A stretch of 64,000 bases of DNA from a virus, in the IMG/VR virus record IMGVR_UViG_3300032770_000011, positions 39,400-103,399 of that record; one strand, written 5' to 3'. Shown piece after piece: positions 20,176-28,812 of the stretch. The notes beneath the pieces are model-generated. The model was not told the origin of the DNA and made no database searches. It worked only from the letters and a program-made list of their open reading frames with translations. Each line of letters begins with the position of its first letter. Within the stretch, counting starts at the first letter, position 1. Position numbers and translations under genes: made by a program.

Positions 20176-21461
20176 GTTCTAACCTCCGGTGGAATGAAGT
20201 CCTTAGCGTCCAACTGCCAAAGCCACGCTTGCGCAGCCAAGGCCGTTTTTATCGTAGGTGGTACTGGTAAGGCAAACATACGCCCAGTCGCGCATTGAAC
20301 CCTTAGAAATTGCTCATTGGGAGCATCTGGCAAATTGACACGGAGTAGCGTGCCAATTTCAGGGTCGGAATCGGCATCGATAACCTTCGCGTTAAGACCA
20401 AGTAGAATATTATCCCAGCCGATGATCTCGCAGGCAGCGCGTCTTAGTTCTGCATTAGTCTGCTTCAGAGCAATTGCTGGGGTCAGCTTAGCCTTGTTCT
20501 CAATCCAGTTTGCAGGAATACGAACGCCGTGCCAATGGTAGAGAGACCAGCCGTCCCGCCAACGGTGCGACGGGCCGTTTTCGCAATGCGGTAAGTTACG
20601 GTCATCTTTCTTGATTATTTCTGGGAAGTCACTCACAAGGCAGAACTCCTCGTGCATAACTCGGAAACCGCCATGAATTGCAGCTTGTTCCCAATAATAG
20701 TAAGCGGCGTGCTCTTTGAGTTCTAGGCCAAGAATATCACGGCAAGCAGTCAGGTAACAGTCGTACCCAGCCCACATGTTACCACCCTGATAAACCTCTG
20801 ACCAACGCTTTGCACACTCAAGCCCAAGTTTCCCGCTCAGATTAAGGCAGGCCAACGCGGCTTGCTCCTCTGCTGTTCCGGTGGCGCTGTAGGTGGCGCT
20901 GGCGGTGGCGCTGGCGGTGGCGCTGTAGGTGGCGCTGTAGGTGGCGCTGGCGGTGGCGCTGTAGGTGGCGCTGGCGGTGGCGCTGGCGGTGGCGCTGTAG
21001 GTGGCGCTGTAGGTGGCGCTGTAGGTGGCGCTGGCGGTGGCGCTGTAGGTGGCGCTGGCGGTGGCGCTGGCGGTGGCGCTGTAGGTGGCGCTGTCGGTGG
21101 CGCTGTAGGTGGCGCTGTAGGTGGCGCTGTAGGTGGCGCTGTAGGTGGCGCTGTAGGTGGCGCTGGCGGTGGCGCTGTCGGTGGCGCTGTTTTTCTTATT
21201 TTTACGGTTATACCAGATTGCGGCGCTCGCTCCATAAGCAAAAGCCATCACGAGCGGCGAGGGCACAATAACAACTCGCGGTTTCTTAAGATTTGCCGCA
21301 GCGTAAAGACCTTCAATCGCCGGGATTATCTTTTCCGGCTCGATTGGCTCCGTTCGCATAGCTCTGGCAATCCAGAGTTTTGCGTGTTCGTCCATCCGAC
21401 GCTTTTCATCAGCGGTTATCCCCCCATAAGCCCTGGTCTTTGTGCGAATAATCTTAGTCAA
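20172..21461 (-). CDS. DUF6745-like protein with SAT(Y/A/D) repeat
   Basis: HCENGPSHRWRDGWSLYHWHGVRIP..NAELRR..IGW; V.CATGR.FALPVPP. Confidence 0.7.
   Translation of the reverse strand: MTKIIRTKTRAYGGITADEKRRMDEHAKLWIARAMRTEPIEPEKIIPAIEGLYAAANLKKPRVVIVPSPLVMAFAYGASAAIWYNRKNKKNSATDSATASATYSATYSATYSATYSATYSATDSATYSATASATASATYSATASATYSATYSATYSATASATASATYSATASATYSATYSATASATASATYSATGTAEEQAALACLNLSGKLGLECAKRWSEVYQGGNMWAGYDCYLTACRDILGLELKEHAAYYYWEQAAIHGGFRVMHEEFCLVSDFPEIIKKDDRNLPHCENGPSHRWRDGWSLYHWHGVRIPANWIENKAKLTPAIALKQTNAELRRAACEIIGWDNILLGLNAKVIDADSDPEIGTLLRVNLPDAPNEQFLRVQCATGRMFALPVPPTIKTALAAQAWLWQLDAKDFIPPEVRT
20880..21189 (-). repeat. 12-bp coding tandem repeat, 26 units
   Basis: GGTGGCGCT(GTA/GGC/GTC) on the plus strand. 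Confidence 0.95.
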
Positions 21462-21515
21462 GGAAACCCTCCTATGCTCATCAGTAAAACATACTCTTTC
21501 CGTAATCCGGCAAGA

Positions 21516-24413
21516 CTACACACCATACTGTTCCGCCACAGAGCGAGTGTTATGCTGAAAGCGACTGTCCTCCAGATCCATTGCCGAACTCTCTTCGGCC
21601 AGTGTCAACAATCCATTCTCGCGAGCCCAGTTCAGAAATTGCGTAACGGTATCGTGAAGGTCATCATGGTCTGCTTTCGGAAAGGAGGCACTCTGCCCAA
21701 TTACCTGCTCTGCCCATTTGGTATTCGGAGCCCAGATAGCATCATCATTGAAAAGCGGCACGACCGAATGCGTGCGCGAAACCTTGTCACCCACCGGCTC
21801 CAACAACTCCACACCGAAGTTCTCACGGGTAAATAGCCGCTTGATCTCGTCAGCAACATCCTGCCCTCGCGTCTTATTCTCGATCAATAGCCGCCTCACC
21901 TTGTAGCGTTTGCAGGTATCCCCAACCAGTTCAATCAATCCGAAGGATTCGCGCTGACGAGCGTCGAAGTTCACCTTCGCTTCACCTGGGAAAGCTTCTA
22001 CAAGCCGCCCACGCAAGGGCAATCGCTTTGCCCACGCATACATCAGCATAGCGCGGCGGTTCTTGGCCTTGTCCAGCCAGATGCCCCAGACCGTCATGGC
22101 ATTGTAGTCATTCTCCTCCTTGCGGCCATAAGACGTATCGACAGAGCCAACTACGAGTTCGAAGTGCGGAAACTCTTTCCTTGCCGGACCCCACTCCAAT
22201 CCATATTCCTGCGCAACTTCGCCATTCCAATTCAACCACCAGTCCCGCTTGATAATACCACCGCCCTTGGGTACAGGTTCCTGCTGGAGACGACCAGCTG
22301 CCATGTAGGTTCCGAGCCGCGACTTGATGCGGGCGACTTCGGCTTCCCCGAAGCGTTCCGGCCACATCAATTCGCCTTCTTCCTCGCGCGGATCTTCCCA
22401 AGGCTCATCGTCGTCATATTGCGGCAACTTGACGGTCACATTGTGACGAAGCGTATCATGCTCCATCGGAATCATCAAGTGCGTCCAGTCCTCGTCGTCG
22501 CTATCCAGAATAACGCCAGAGAGGTCACGCTCATGCAGGCGCTGCATGACGACGACGATGGCGGACCGCTTCGGATCATTAAGGCGAGTGCCGGACAACT
22601 CCTTCCACCAGCTTTCCACTTTATTGCGATCAGCGTCCGTTTCAACTACCTTCTCGGTTTCTGTGTTATGAGGATCGTCACAGTTATGAACTAAAATCCC
22701 CTCAGCAAAATAGTTGTGTCCCGGAGCTACCCGGAGGTTGTAAGTAGCTGCTTCGTACCCGGCTCTCTCAACAGAGCAGACAGTTTTTCTTTCCACATCG
22801 CGCGGGATTTTGGACCTCCATGCATACCCCCGTGGCACCGCCCGCAGAGAGTAATCAAGTTCATTGGATCCAAGTTCTGCCGATTGTAGTCGATGTGGTG
22901 AACCTGAAACGCTTGTCTTCCGTACCGATGAATACGCCCACAAAGACGACAGTTGTGGTTGTCCCGAGCTCGAATCAAAGCCTTGAATTCCTTGTTCCAA
23001 GCCTTTGGATATGTCCGGAGTTGTTGCCCGTGAACGTAGTTGCTGTTCCCAGCCCCCTTCATGCGTTGTGAATGTAAATTGTCTGCACAGCGTCGAGAAC
23101 AGCAAAGAGCTGTCCCGTGCTTTTGGCGCCAAGAAAAAGCTACATAACTTATCAAAAAGAACTCCGCACAAACCACGCATGTACAGAGTTTCTTTCGCTT
23201 GATTTTGCGACGCCCTACTCCGCTGCATTCGTACGAGCAGTACTTCCCTCCACCTTTCTTTGCGAAGCCGCTCTTCACTGAAAACGGCGTCCCGCAAACT
23301 TTGCATGTACGTTGAACTCTGCCGCCCTGCCATGCAGGGTTGTTCTGACCTACAGAAGCTTGACCAAAACATTGGTGACTGCAAAACATTCCCTTTATAT
23401 TCTTCAATGACCGCCTGTAATGTGCAGCGCATTTGTAGAACAGCTTGCCACATTCTTCGCAAGAAACAGTCTTTCCTTTCCTTAAAGGATTTTTTGCGCG
23501 CCATAGAGTGGAACACGCTTTGCTGCAACACTTTTGATGACTCGAAGGTTTTGTACGGAACGTTTTGCCGCACTCTGGGCAAACTACCCAACGTGATGGC
23601 CCAGACGCAATCCCCGACGGCGACTTCTTTTGCTTTAATGTATCCCCGCCCTTCAACGAAGACGAGGTGGTCTTCAGTGCATCGAAGACTGCCAGAATCC
23701 CAACAGATTCTGACGGTTTCTCTTCCTGGGTTTTTCTCGTATTTCTCAACATCTTGCCAAATAACAGAGCCTTGGTATTCGCCTGCAATCTTCACTGAAA
23801 GCTGTTGCTCTACAAGTTGACCAATCGGAAGCCAGCCCTGATTCGTTAATACCCGCTCTTTATACGGAAGGCAAATGACAATATCACCACCGAGGCCGAG
23901 CAAAGATCCACTAACTGATGTAGACTGTCTAGAACCACCTAGGGTGTTGTCAAACTTCGCTTTCGTGTTCTGATCTTCAGTCAATTCGAATTTGCCGCCC
24001 CAGTATTTCTGATACCAGGGACTCAACAATAACCGCCGCATCGTGTTCGCAGAGCTCATAGCGAGAACGCCATTGTAGCTGCCACAAAGGAACTTGACCT
24101 TCGAGCCTGACCAATAGGATTCTTCTGCCCGCGCCCACGTCCAGGCAGGCCAGCAGATAGACGCTACAGTCGTCTTGGAACAACGGGGAGGAACGTTGAT
24201 GAGAAGACGAGGGATCTGCCCTAGGGTCACTGCTTCAAGGTGATCGCAGATTGCATCGATCGCCCAGCATTGCTGATAGATAGCACTGTCTATACTAGAC
24301 CAGCCACCTTGGAGAAATTCGGAAAGACTGTTTTCGTAACACTCTTTGGCTTCAAGAGTATGATAGCGTTCTATTTTCTCCCGAAGGGCTGCGAGCTTCT
24401 CCGCGTCCGCCAT
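21516..24413 (-). CDS. terL: Terminase large subunit with intein
   Basis: LLINVPPRCSKT; Walker B DIVI|CDDPH split by intein; VMQRLHERD; nuclease DTS..DDLHD. Confidence 0.92.
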   Translation of the reverse strand: MADAEKLAALREKIERYHTLEAKECYENSLSEFLQGGWSSIDSAIYQQCWAIDAICDHLEAVTLGQIPRLLINVPPRCSKTTVASICWPAWTWARAEESYWSGSKVKFLCGSYNGVLAMSSANTMRRLLLSPWYQKYWGGKFELTEDQNTKAKFDNTLGGSRQSTSVSGSLLGLGGDIVICLPYKERVLTNQGWLPIGQLVEQQLSVKIAGEYQGSVIWQDVEKYEKNPGRETVRICWDSGSLRCTEDHLVFVEGRGYIKAKEVAVGDCVWAITLGSLPRVRQNVPYKTFESSKVLQQSVFHSMARKKSFKERKDCFLRRMWQAVLQMRCTLQAVIEEYKGNVLQSPMFWSSFCRSEQPCMAGRQSSTYMQSLRDAVFSEERLRKERWREVLLVRMQRSRASQNQAKETLYMRGLCGVLFDKLCSFFLAPKARDSSLLFSTLCRQFTFTTHEGGWEQQLRSRATTPDISKGLEQGIQGFDSSSGQPQLSSLWAYSSVRKTSVSGSPHRLQSAELGSNELDYSLRAVPRGYAWRSKIPRDVERKTVCSVERAGYEAATYNLRVAPGHNYFAEGILVHNCDDPHNTETEKVVETDADRNKVESWWKELSGTRLNDPKRSAIVVVMQRLHERDLSGVILDSDDEDWTHLMIPMEHDTLRHNVTVKLPQYDDDEPWEDPREEEGELMWPERFGEAEVARIKSRLGTYMAAGRLQQEPVPKGGGIIKRDWWLNWNGEVAQEYGLEWGPARKEFPHFELVVGSVDTSYGRKEENDYNAMTVWGIWLDKAKNRRAMLMYAWAKRLPLRGRLVEAFPGEAKVNFDARQRESFGLIELVGDTCKRYKVRRLLIENKTRGQDVADEIKRLFTRENFGVELLEPVGDKVSRTHSVVPLFNDDAIWAPNTKWAEQVIGQSASFPKADHDDLHDTVTQFLNWARENGLLTLAEESSAMDLEDSRFQHNTRSVAEQYGV
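22683..23873 (-). mobile_element. Intein (397 aa) in terminase
   Basis: C1 CLPYKERV, block B LRCTEDH, end TYNLRV..HNYFAEGILVHN/C. Confidence 0.9.
22727..23788 (-). CDS. Zn-finger HNH endonuclease in an alternative frame inside the intein
   Basis: Repeated CxxCG..F..CS..C modules; RDNHNCRLCG..VHHIDY..NLITLCGRCH. Confidence 0.8.
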   Translation of the reverse strand: MQANTKALLFGKMLRNTRKTQEEKPSESVGILAVFDALKTTSSSLKGGDTLKQKKSPSGIASGPSRWVVCPECGKTFRTKPSSHQKCCSKACSTLWRAKNPLRKGKTVSCEECGKLFYKCAAHYRRSLKNIKGMFCSHQCFGQASVGQNNPAWQGGRVQRTCKVCGTPFSVKSGFAKKGGGKYCSYECSGVGRRKIKRKKLCTCVVCAEFFLISYVAFSWRQKHGTALCCSRRCADNLHSQRMKGAGNSNYVHGQQLRTYPKAWNKEFKALIRARDNHNCRLCGRIHRYGRQAFQVHHIDYNRQNLDPMNLITLCGRCHGGMHGGPKSRAMWKEKLSALLREPGTKQLLTTSG

Positions 24414-24418
24414 GGCAT

Positions 24419-24661
24419 CTATGTACCAAGTAGCTTGATAGAGACGGCTTTGGGACCTTTGCCGGGTACTGCTACGGCATCGAATTCCAGCTTGTCGCCT
24501 GCCTTCACAGGCAGTGTTATGCCAGACCGACGCAATTCATTGGCATGAATGAACACATCAGAGGCGCCATTCTCTCGTCTACAGAAGCCGAAGCCCTTGT
24601 CGTCATTGTAGAACTTGACGATACCCCAGGACCGTTCGGTAGGACTATCAACATTACTCAT
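24419..24661 (-). CDS. csp: Cold-shock domain protein
   Basis: GIVKFYNDDKGFGF (RNP1), DVFIH (RNP2), KGPKA. Confidence 0.9.
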   Translation of the reverse strand: MSNVDSPTERSWGIVKFYNDDKGFGFCRRENGASDVFIHANELRRSGITLPVKAGDKLEFDAVAVPGKGPKAVSIKLLGT

Positions 24662-24761
24662 CGGAATTCCCTCGATTTCGATATCACTGACACACTGCCT
24701 TGCCGCATAACGAGTAGACCTTTTATCCAAAGGCGACCACCGCATCGCGTAAACCCCCTAA

Positions 24762-25337
24762 TCAATGTCGCGTTCCTTTCCCATTGAGAGGAACTACACC
24801 TTCAGGTAATTTCATTCCGGGACTGATACCGAGCTCCGCAACATCCTTCCGGATTTCTTCCAGCAGCTGAGCAGCAGTCTTGTCCTCAATCTGACCCTTG
24901 TGTTCGTAATTGTAGACGTCGCGCCAGTTGTCCGGGCGGCGATTCTTCAGCCAGAAGATACAGGCAGTGACATCAGGCGCAAAGTGCTTGCGTACCGGAT
25001 AGCGAATAATCTCGCCGTCCTTCGTGACCTTCACTTCTTCGGTATCCACACTGTAACCGATTGCGCGGTGCGCTAGGGAACGTTCAACCCGGTCGTCCCA
25101 GGAGGATTTACCGTCCCGTAAGGCATCCCGGAAAGCCGGGAACTGATGCGACCAAGCTGCAATAGTCCAGGTAGAGACCCCGAAGAGGTTGGCGAGGTCA
25201 ACGTCGGTCGCGCCCAGAACACAATGCGCTTTCGCCATTCGGGCATATTCGGGGCGGTAAGTGCTAGGACGACCTACTGCACGCTTCGGCGGGGTAGCCT
25301 GAGCCTTCTTAGGCTGCTTGAGGCGATAGCGTTTCAT
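24762..25337 (-). CDS. terS: Terminase small subunit
   Basis: GRPSTYRPEY..LGATD.DLA..FGVS; PDVTACIFWLKNRRP. Confidence 0.8.
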   Translation of the reverse strand: MKRYRLKQPKKAQATPPKRAVGRPSTYRPEYARMAKAHCVLGATDVDLANLFGVSTWTIAAWSHQFPAFRDALRDGKSSWDDRVERSLAHRAIGYSVDTEEVKVTKDGEIIRYPVRKHFAPDVTACIFWLKNRRPDNWRDVYNYEHKGQIEDKTAAQLLEEIRKDVAELGISPGMKLPEGVVPLNGKGTRH

Positions 25338-25837
25338 ACGGCTTCCAGATATTCTTCCGGTACAAACACCGGAGTCTTGCGGCCGAGGAAATCCAGTAGA
25401 ACACTGACGCGGTGCGCTGCGTCCTGACTGTAGATACCCTTGTAGCCACTGAAAGATCCGGAATTGATACGGACGGTGTCTCCGGCCTTGAACTTCGATT
25501 CGATGCTTTCGGCAAGACGGATCATGCCATCCTCATCCTCACGCTGGCGCAATTTGATGATCTCTCGTTCGGGCATGATCGCCGGGGTCTGTCCCCACAT
25601 GATGATTGAAGTAATTCCGAAAGTACCTAACAGATAACGCCACTGTCCCGTTGTCTTCACGAACATGTAGGTAGGGAAAAGCCATTCTTCGCATAACTTT
25701 TTCTTGCCCTTCACCACCTTCGTGGAAACTGTCTTCGGTAGGTAAGGTTCGCCTCCCTGCCGGACGACATTTTCTGCCGCCCACTTTTCGCGCTGGGATT
25801 TCGTGCGCGCGACGACCCATACCCCTGCACTTTGCAT
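25334..25837 (-). CDS. NusG/RfaH-family antitermination factor
   Basis: WVVARTK..E; LFPTYMFV; KOW FKAGDTVRI.SGSF.G..G. Confidence 0.85.
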   Translation of the reverse strand: MQSAGVWVVARTKSQREKWAAENVVRQGGEPYLPKTVSTKVVKGKKKLCEEWLFPTYMFVKTTGQWRYLLGTFGITSIIMWGQTPAIMPEREIIKLRQREDEDGMIRLAESIESKFKAGDTVRINSGSFSGYKGIYSQDAAHRVSVLLDFLGRKTPVFVPEEYLEAV

Positions 25838-25863
25838 GGGGCGCGAGTATAGTCGGCTTCGGC

Positions 25864-25899
25864 AAAAAGTAAAGGAGAGGAGGCGGTTGCCTCCCCTCC
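25864..25899 (-). terminator. Intrinsic terminator after rsr
   Basis: GGAGGGGAGGC-AACC-GCCTCCTCTCC then TTTACTTTTT. Confidence 0.8.
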
Positions 25900-25910
25900 A
25901 GTTAAAACCT

Positions 25911-27521
25911 TCAGCGGCGGGCGAAGTCCGCCATTACAGCCGGAGCAGCAGAGTCAAACCCTACCACGTCCAGCATTCCGGCATCATTCGGGTCGGCAAT
26001 CGTGAAGCCGGTCGAGGTCATTCCTACCACAACCAGTTTTGCCGGGATACCAGACTTCTGCCGATACTTCTGCAACGCAACCGGGGGGTGCATACTTCCT
26101 GCCCACGTTTCATTGTCGGTGAACACTTGGAAGACGTCAACCTCCAAGCGTTGCTCCATTGCGTAGATCATCGGCAAAGCGCAATCCGTTCCGCCAAAGT
26201 TGACGTTACGAGTACGCTGCAGAACGTCCTCCAAGGACATCTTGGCGCTGAGCCGCAAGTCCTTGAACCTGTCGGCAAAGGCCATGACATGCCAGTCCTG
26301 CTCGGTACGCATGACCGTCATAGCCATAGCCGCCGCTCCCGCACAGACTTCGAGCGGCGACCCCATCAACGGAGACGACATAGACCCGGAAACGTCCAGC
26401 CCAATCAGCGTCCGCTTGCCCGAAGGTTCAATCGTCTTGAAGGACAGGTAGAAAGCTTCCTCCAAGGCGTCCGCAACCTTCGGAATAGGCTTCCACGAGA
26501 GCGGCTCACTCTCGTCGTCAGTTCGCCTACGCCGCTGACCGGCAACGCTAGCTCCGGAATTGTAAGCCGCCTGCGCTACCAGCACATTAAACGGATGGAT
26601 ACGAGCCTTCTGAAGCTCATCCTGGTCCGCCAAACGCTCCACTACGGTTCGCACTGAAGGGCCGAGCGGCTTCAACGTACCGTAAGCCGTCATTGCGCCG
26701 AGGTTGCGGATAAGCGCCGTCAGACCCATATCCGGGAGCATGACTTCCCATACAGCCGGGTCCTTCTTGACCCAGGTCGGGATGGCTTCCCAAGGCAACT
26801 TGTACTCCCGAATCAAGTCGAGAAGCCGAGGAGACGACTTCTCCATCTTCATTGCTTCCTCGTGAGCAGCAATGATTTCCGGCAGCAGCTTCTCGTCGCC
26901 TTCCTTCAGCTTGCCCTTCAGCCAACGGTAAACCGGCTTGTTGGCGTCAGCGTAAGGCCGCGCCGTTTCCAGAAGCCGCTTATGGGTATAGTTACCCCGC
27001 GAGCGGTACTTCACACCCTGAAAGGCCACCGAAGCCGGGCTACGGTGATCGTACCAACGGGCCACTGCCCGCTTCAAGGCACGACCCCAGCCTCGCCCTA
27101 GCTTGCGGCAATCATCCACAAACTGGAACAAATGGGTTGACGTACGGCAAACACCCGAGAGGCTATTGAGCGCCAGCTGACGTACCTTGGGGTCCTTGTG
27201 CACAGCGCCAAGCGCCAGCGCAAAGATTGCGGCATCATTCTTCGGAGCGCGACCTTCGTGAGAGACCTCCACGATGGTCTGTACCGTCCGTGCCGGATCA
27301 GCCGCATAGCACCGGATAACGCAGGCAGCGTTCTCCTTCGTCAGTACCTTTGCCGACTGGTAATACGTATTGGAATCGCTTCCCAGGATCAGGAAGCGGT
27401 GCAATCGTGCAAAGTCATCGAGGGTGAAGACGAATCCGCCAGCGTTGTTCTTCACCTGACGAGGGTTCAGTGGCTCCGTCTGCGGAACCGGCTCAGACAT
27501 CAACTCAGCATAGCGCGACAT
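25911..27521 (-). CDS. rsr: Ro60/Rsr ortholog (TROVE + vWA)
   Basis: QVKNNAGGFVF..RFLILGS; RTSTHLF.F; GWGRALKRAV..WY; ALIRNLG; RIHP; MIDAS DVSGSM; GGTDC; TDNETW; VGFD. Confidence 0.95.
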   Translation of the reverse strand: MSRYAELMSEPVPQTEPLNPRQVKNNAGGFVFTLDDFARLHRFLILGSDSNTYYQSAKVLTKENAACVIRCYAADPARTVQTIVEVSHEGRAPKNDAAIFALALGAVHKDPKVRQLALNSLSGVCRTSTHLFQFVDDCRKLGRGWGRALKRAVARWYDHRSPASVAFQGVKYRSRGNYTHKRLLETARPYADANKPVYRWLKGKLKEGDEKLLPEIIAAHEEAMKMEKSSPRLLDLIREYKLPWEAIPTWVKKDPAVWEVMLPDMGLTALIRNLGAMTAYGTLKPLGPSVRTVVERLADQDELQKARIHPFNVLVAQAAYNSGASVAGQRRRRTDDESEPLSWKPIPKVADALEEAFYLSFKTIEPSGKRTLIGLDVSGSMSSPLMGSPLEVCAGAAAMAMTVMRTEQDWHVMAFADRFKDLRLSAKMSLEDVLQRTRNVNFGGTDCALPMIYAMEQRLEVDVFQVFTDNETWAGSMHPPVALQKYRQKSGIPAKLVVVGMTSTGFTIADPNDAGMLDVVGFDSAAPAVMADFARR

Positions 27522-27573
27522 TGAAAAGTCCTCCTTCGGGTTTCGAAGTTCGACCCTTCAAGTCGAGAAGTAG

Positions 27574-27709
27574 GCAGCACGAGCGCAGTTGTGAGTATCG
27601 GGCTTAGGCGCTCTACCGCTGAGCTACCGGCCCGTAAGTGGACCAGGTTGGAGTCGAACCAACGACCTCCTCCTCCATGGGATAACCGAAACTCTGGGGC
27701 TCGTGCTAC
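27574..27709 (-). ncRNA. yrlA: Y RNA 1, YrlA type (T arm, acceptor-like stem, D arm)
   Basis: Closing stem GTAGCACGAGC/GCTCGTGCTGC; GTTGGTTCGACTCCAAC precedes TAGCTCAGCGGTAGAGC; directly upstream of rsr. Confidence 0.9.
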
Positions 27710-27726
27710 TTTCCTCTTTTCTCGAA

Positions 27727-27792
27727 GGGCGAACACAGTTGTGTAGATCGGCATTTCATCATGGCTGATAACCGAACTACTGGGGCTCGCCC
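27727..27792 (-). ncRNA. Y RNA 2, minimal (closing stem only)
   Basis: GGGCGAGCCCCAGTAGTTCGGTTATC...CCGATCTACACAACTGTGTTCGCCC; same stem as Y RNA 1. Confidence 0.8.
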
Positions 27793-27813
27793 CAAAAACT
27801 CCTCTAACTAGGC

Positions 27814-27887
27814 TGAGCGGGCTCAGGGACGTGCATAGGGGTTGGTCAGAGTTCAAGTCTGATAACCTAAGCACAGGGGTCCGCTCA
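27814..27887 (-). ncRNA. Y RNA 3, minimal and divergent
   Basis: TGAGCGGACCCCTGTGCTTAGGTTATC...CCTATGCAC..GCCCGCTCA. Confidence 0.7.
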
Positions 27888-27896
27888 ACACTAACA

Positions 27897-27920
27897 CATA
27901 CTAGGCGGTTGATCCGGCAA
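27897..27920 (-). promoter_or_regulatory. Putative promoter for Y RNAs and rsr
   Basis: TTGCCGGATCA-N7-AGTATG, a motif recurring in this window. Confidence 0.55.
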
Positions 27921-27939
27921 AGTAACCGTCCAGATTTTA

Positions 27940-28014
27940 TGGCAGGAGTGAAAGGATTTGAACCCTTACTAACGGAGTTGGAGGCCGTTGTGCTAGCCGT
28001 TACACTACACTCCC
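27940..28014 (-). tRNA. tRNA-Trp(CCA)
   Basis: Anticodon loop CTCCAAC; CCA end. Confidence 0.85.
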
Positions 28015-28020
28015 AAAGTT

Positions 28021-28096
28021 TGGTACTGCCTGCAGGTTCTGCCCCTGCCTAATGCGGTCCACAGCCGCACGCCATCACTAGATCGGCCTAGGCAGC
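28021..28096 (-). tRNA. tRNA-His(GUG)
   Basis: Loop CTGTGGA; A73; T-loop GGCAGAA. Confidence 0.8.
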
Positions 28097-28099
28097 ATT

Positions 28100-28171
28100 T
28101 GGTAGCGGCTAGGAGTGTCGAGCTCCTCTGTCGATCCTTATGAGAGACCGCTGTTCACCGGAACTGCCGCT
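28100..28171 (-). tRNA. tRNA-Met/Ile2(CAU), short D arm
   Basis: Loop CTCATAA; CCA end. Confidence 0.65.
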
Positions 28172-28173
28172 AT

Positions 28174-28247
28174 TGGTAGCGGGTGTAGGAATCGAACCCA
28201 CGTAGGCGGACTCAAAACCCGCCGTCCTGCCATTGAACGAACCCGCC
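28174..28247 (-). tRNA. tRNA-Gln(UUG)
   Basis: Loop TTTTGAG. Confidence 0.85.
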
Positions 28248-28256
28248 AAAGGTCTT

Positions 28257-28331
28257 TGGCAGTCCCTGCGGGTGCTGCCCCCGCTTCTCCGGTTTGAAGG
28301 ACCAGAATCCTAGCTGATAGACGAAGGGACC
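28257..28331 (-). tRNA. tRNA-Glu(UUC)
   Basis: Loop CCTTCAA; T-loop GGCAGCA. Confidence 0.8.
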
Positions 28332-28335
28332 GTAT

Positions 28336-28409
28336 TGGTGCGGACTGCGAGTGCTGCCCTCGCGACTTCGGTTTGGAAGACCGACACGTTGCTGTTACGC
28401 CAAGTCCGC
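28336..28409 (-). tRNA. tRNA-Gly(UCC)
   Basis: Loop CTTCCAA; T-loop GGCAGCA. Confidence 0.8.
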
Positions 28410-28410
28410 G

Positions 28411-28493
28411 CGGAGAGTTGTGAGCACGATTCACACACCGTTAGGTACAGATCGCTTAGCAGGCGGCTCCCGGCCCCGCCGGGTTAACTCTCC
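28411..28493 (-). tRNA. tRNA-Ser(GCU), no encoded CCA
   Basis: Loop CTGCTAA; long variable arm; G73. Confidence 0.7.
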
Positions 28494-28498
28494 ATAAT

Positions 28499-28575
28499 TG
28501 GTCTCGACGGGAGGACTCGAACCCCCACGCGGCAATTTAGGAAATTGCGGCTCTGTCCTGTTGAGCTACGTCGAG
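28499..28575 (-). tRNA. tRNA-Arg(CCU)
   Basis: Loop TTCCTAA. Confidence 0.9.
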
Positions 28576-28576
28576 T

Positions 28577-28652
28577 TGGCGCTCTCGGGAGGAATCGAAC
28601 CCCCATCTTTCCGCTTAGAAGGCGGACGCCTTGTCCATTGGACCACGAGAGC
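28577..28652 (-). tRNA. tRNA-Arg(UCU)
   Basis: Loop CTTCTAA. Confidence 0.9.
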
Positions 28653-28655
28653 AAT

Positions 28656-28729
28656 TGGAGGCGTGAGGCGGAATCAAACCGCCATGGGGTGGGTTGCAGC
28701 CACCAGCCTAGTCATTCGGCCATCACGCC
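28656..28729 (-). tRNA. tRNA-Cys(GCA)
   Basis: Loop CTGCAAC; U73. Confidence 0.85.
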
Positions 28730-28734
28730 ATTAT

Positions 28735-28808
28735 TGGCACCCACTCAGGGAATCGAACCCCGGTTCGCTGGTTCAGAGCCAGCCGTCCTGCCATTGAACG
28801 AAGTGGGT
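28735..28808 (-). tRNA. tRNA-Gln(CUG)
   Basis: Loop CTCTGAA. Confidence 0.9.
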
Positions 28809-28812
28809 AAAA

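Noticed and set aside
20837-21836. PPTA and GGAV repeat ORFs, or a CRISPR array
   Set aside because: Alternative frames of the 12-bp repeat; no unique spacers and no cas genes.
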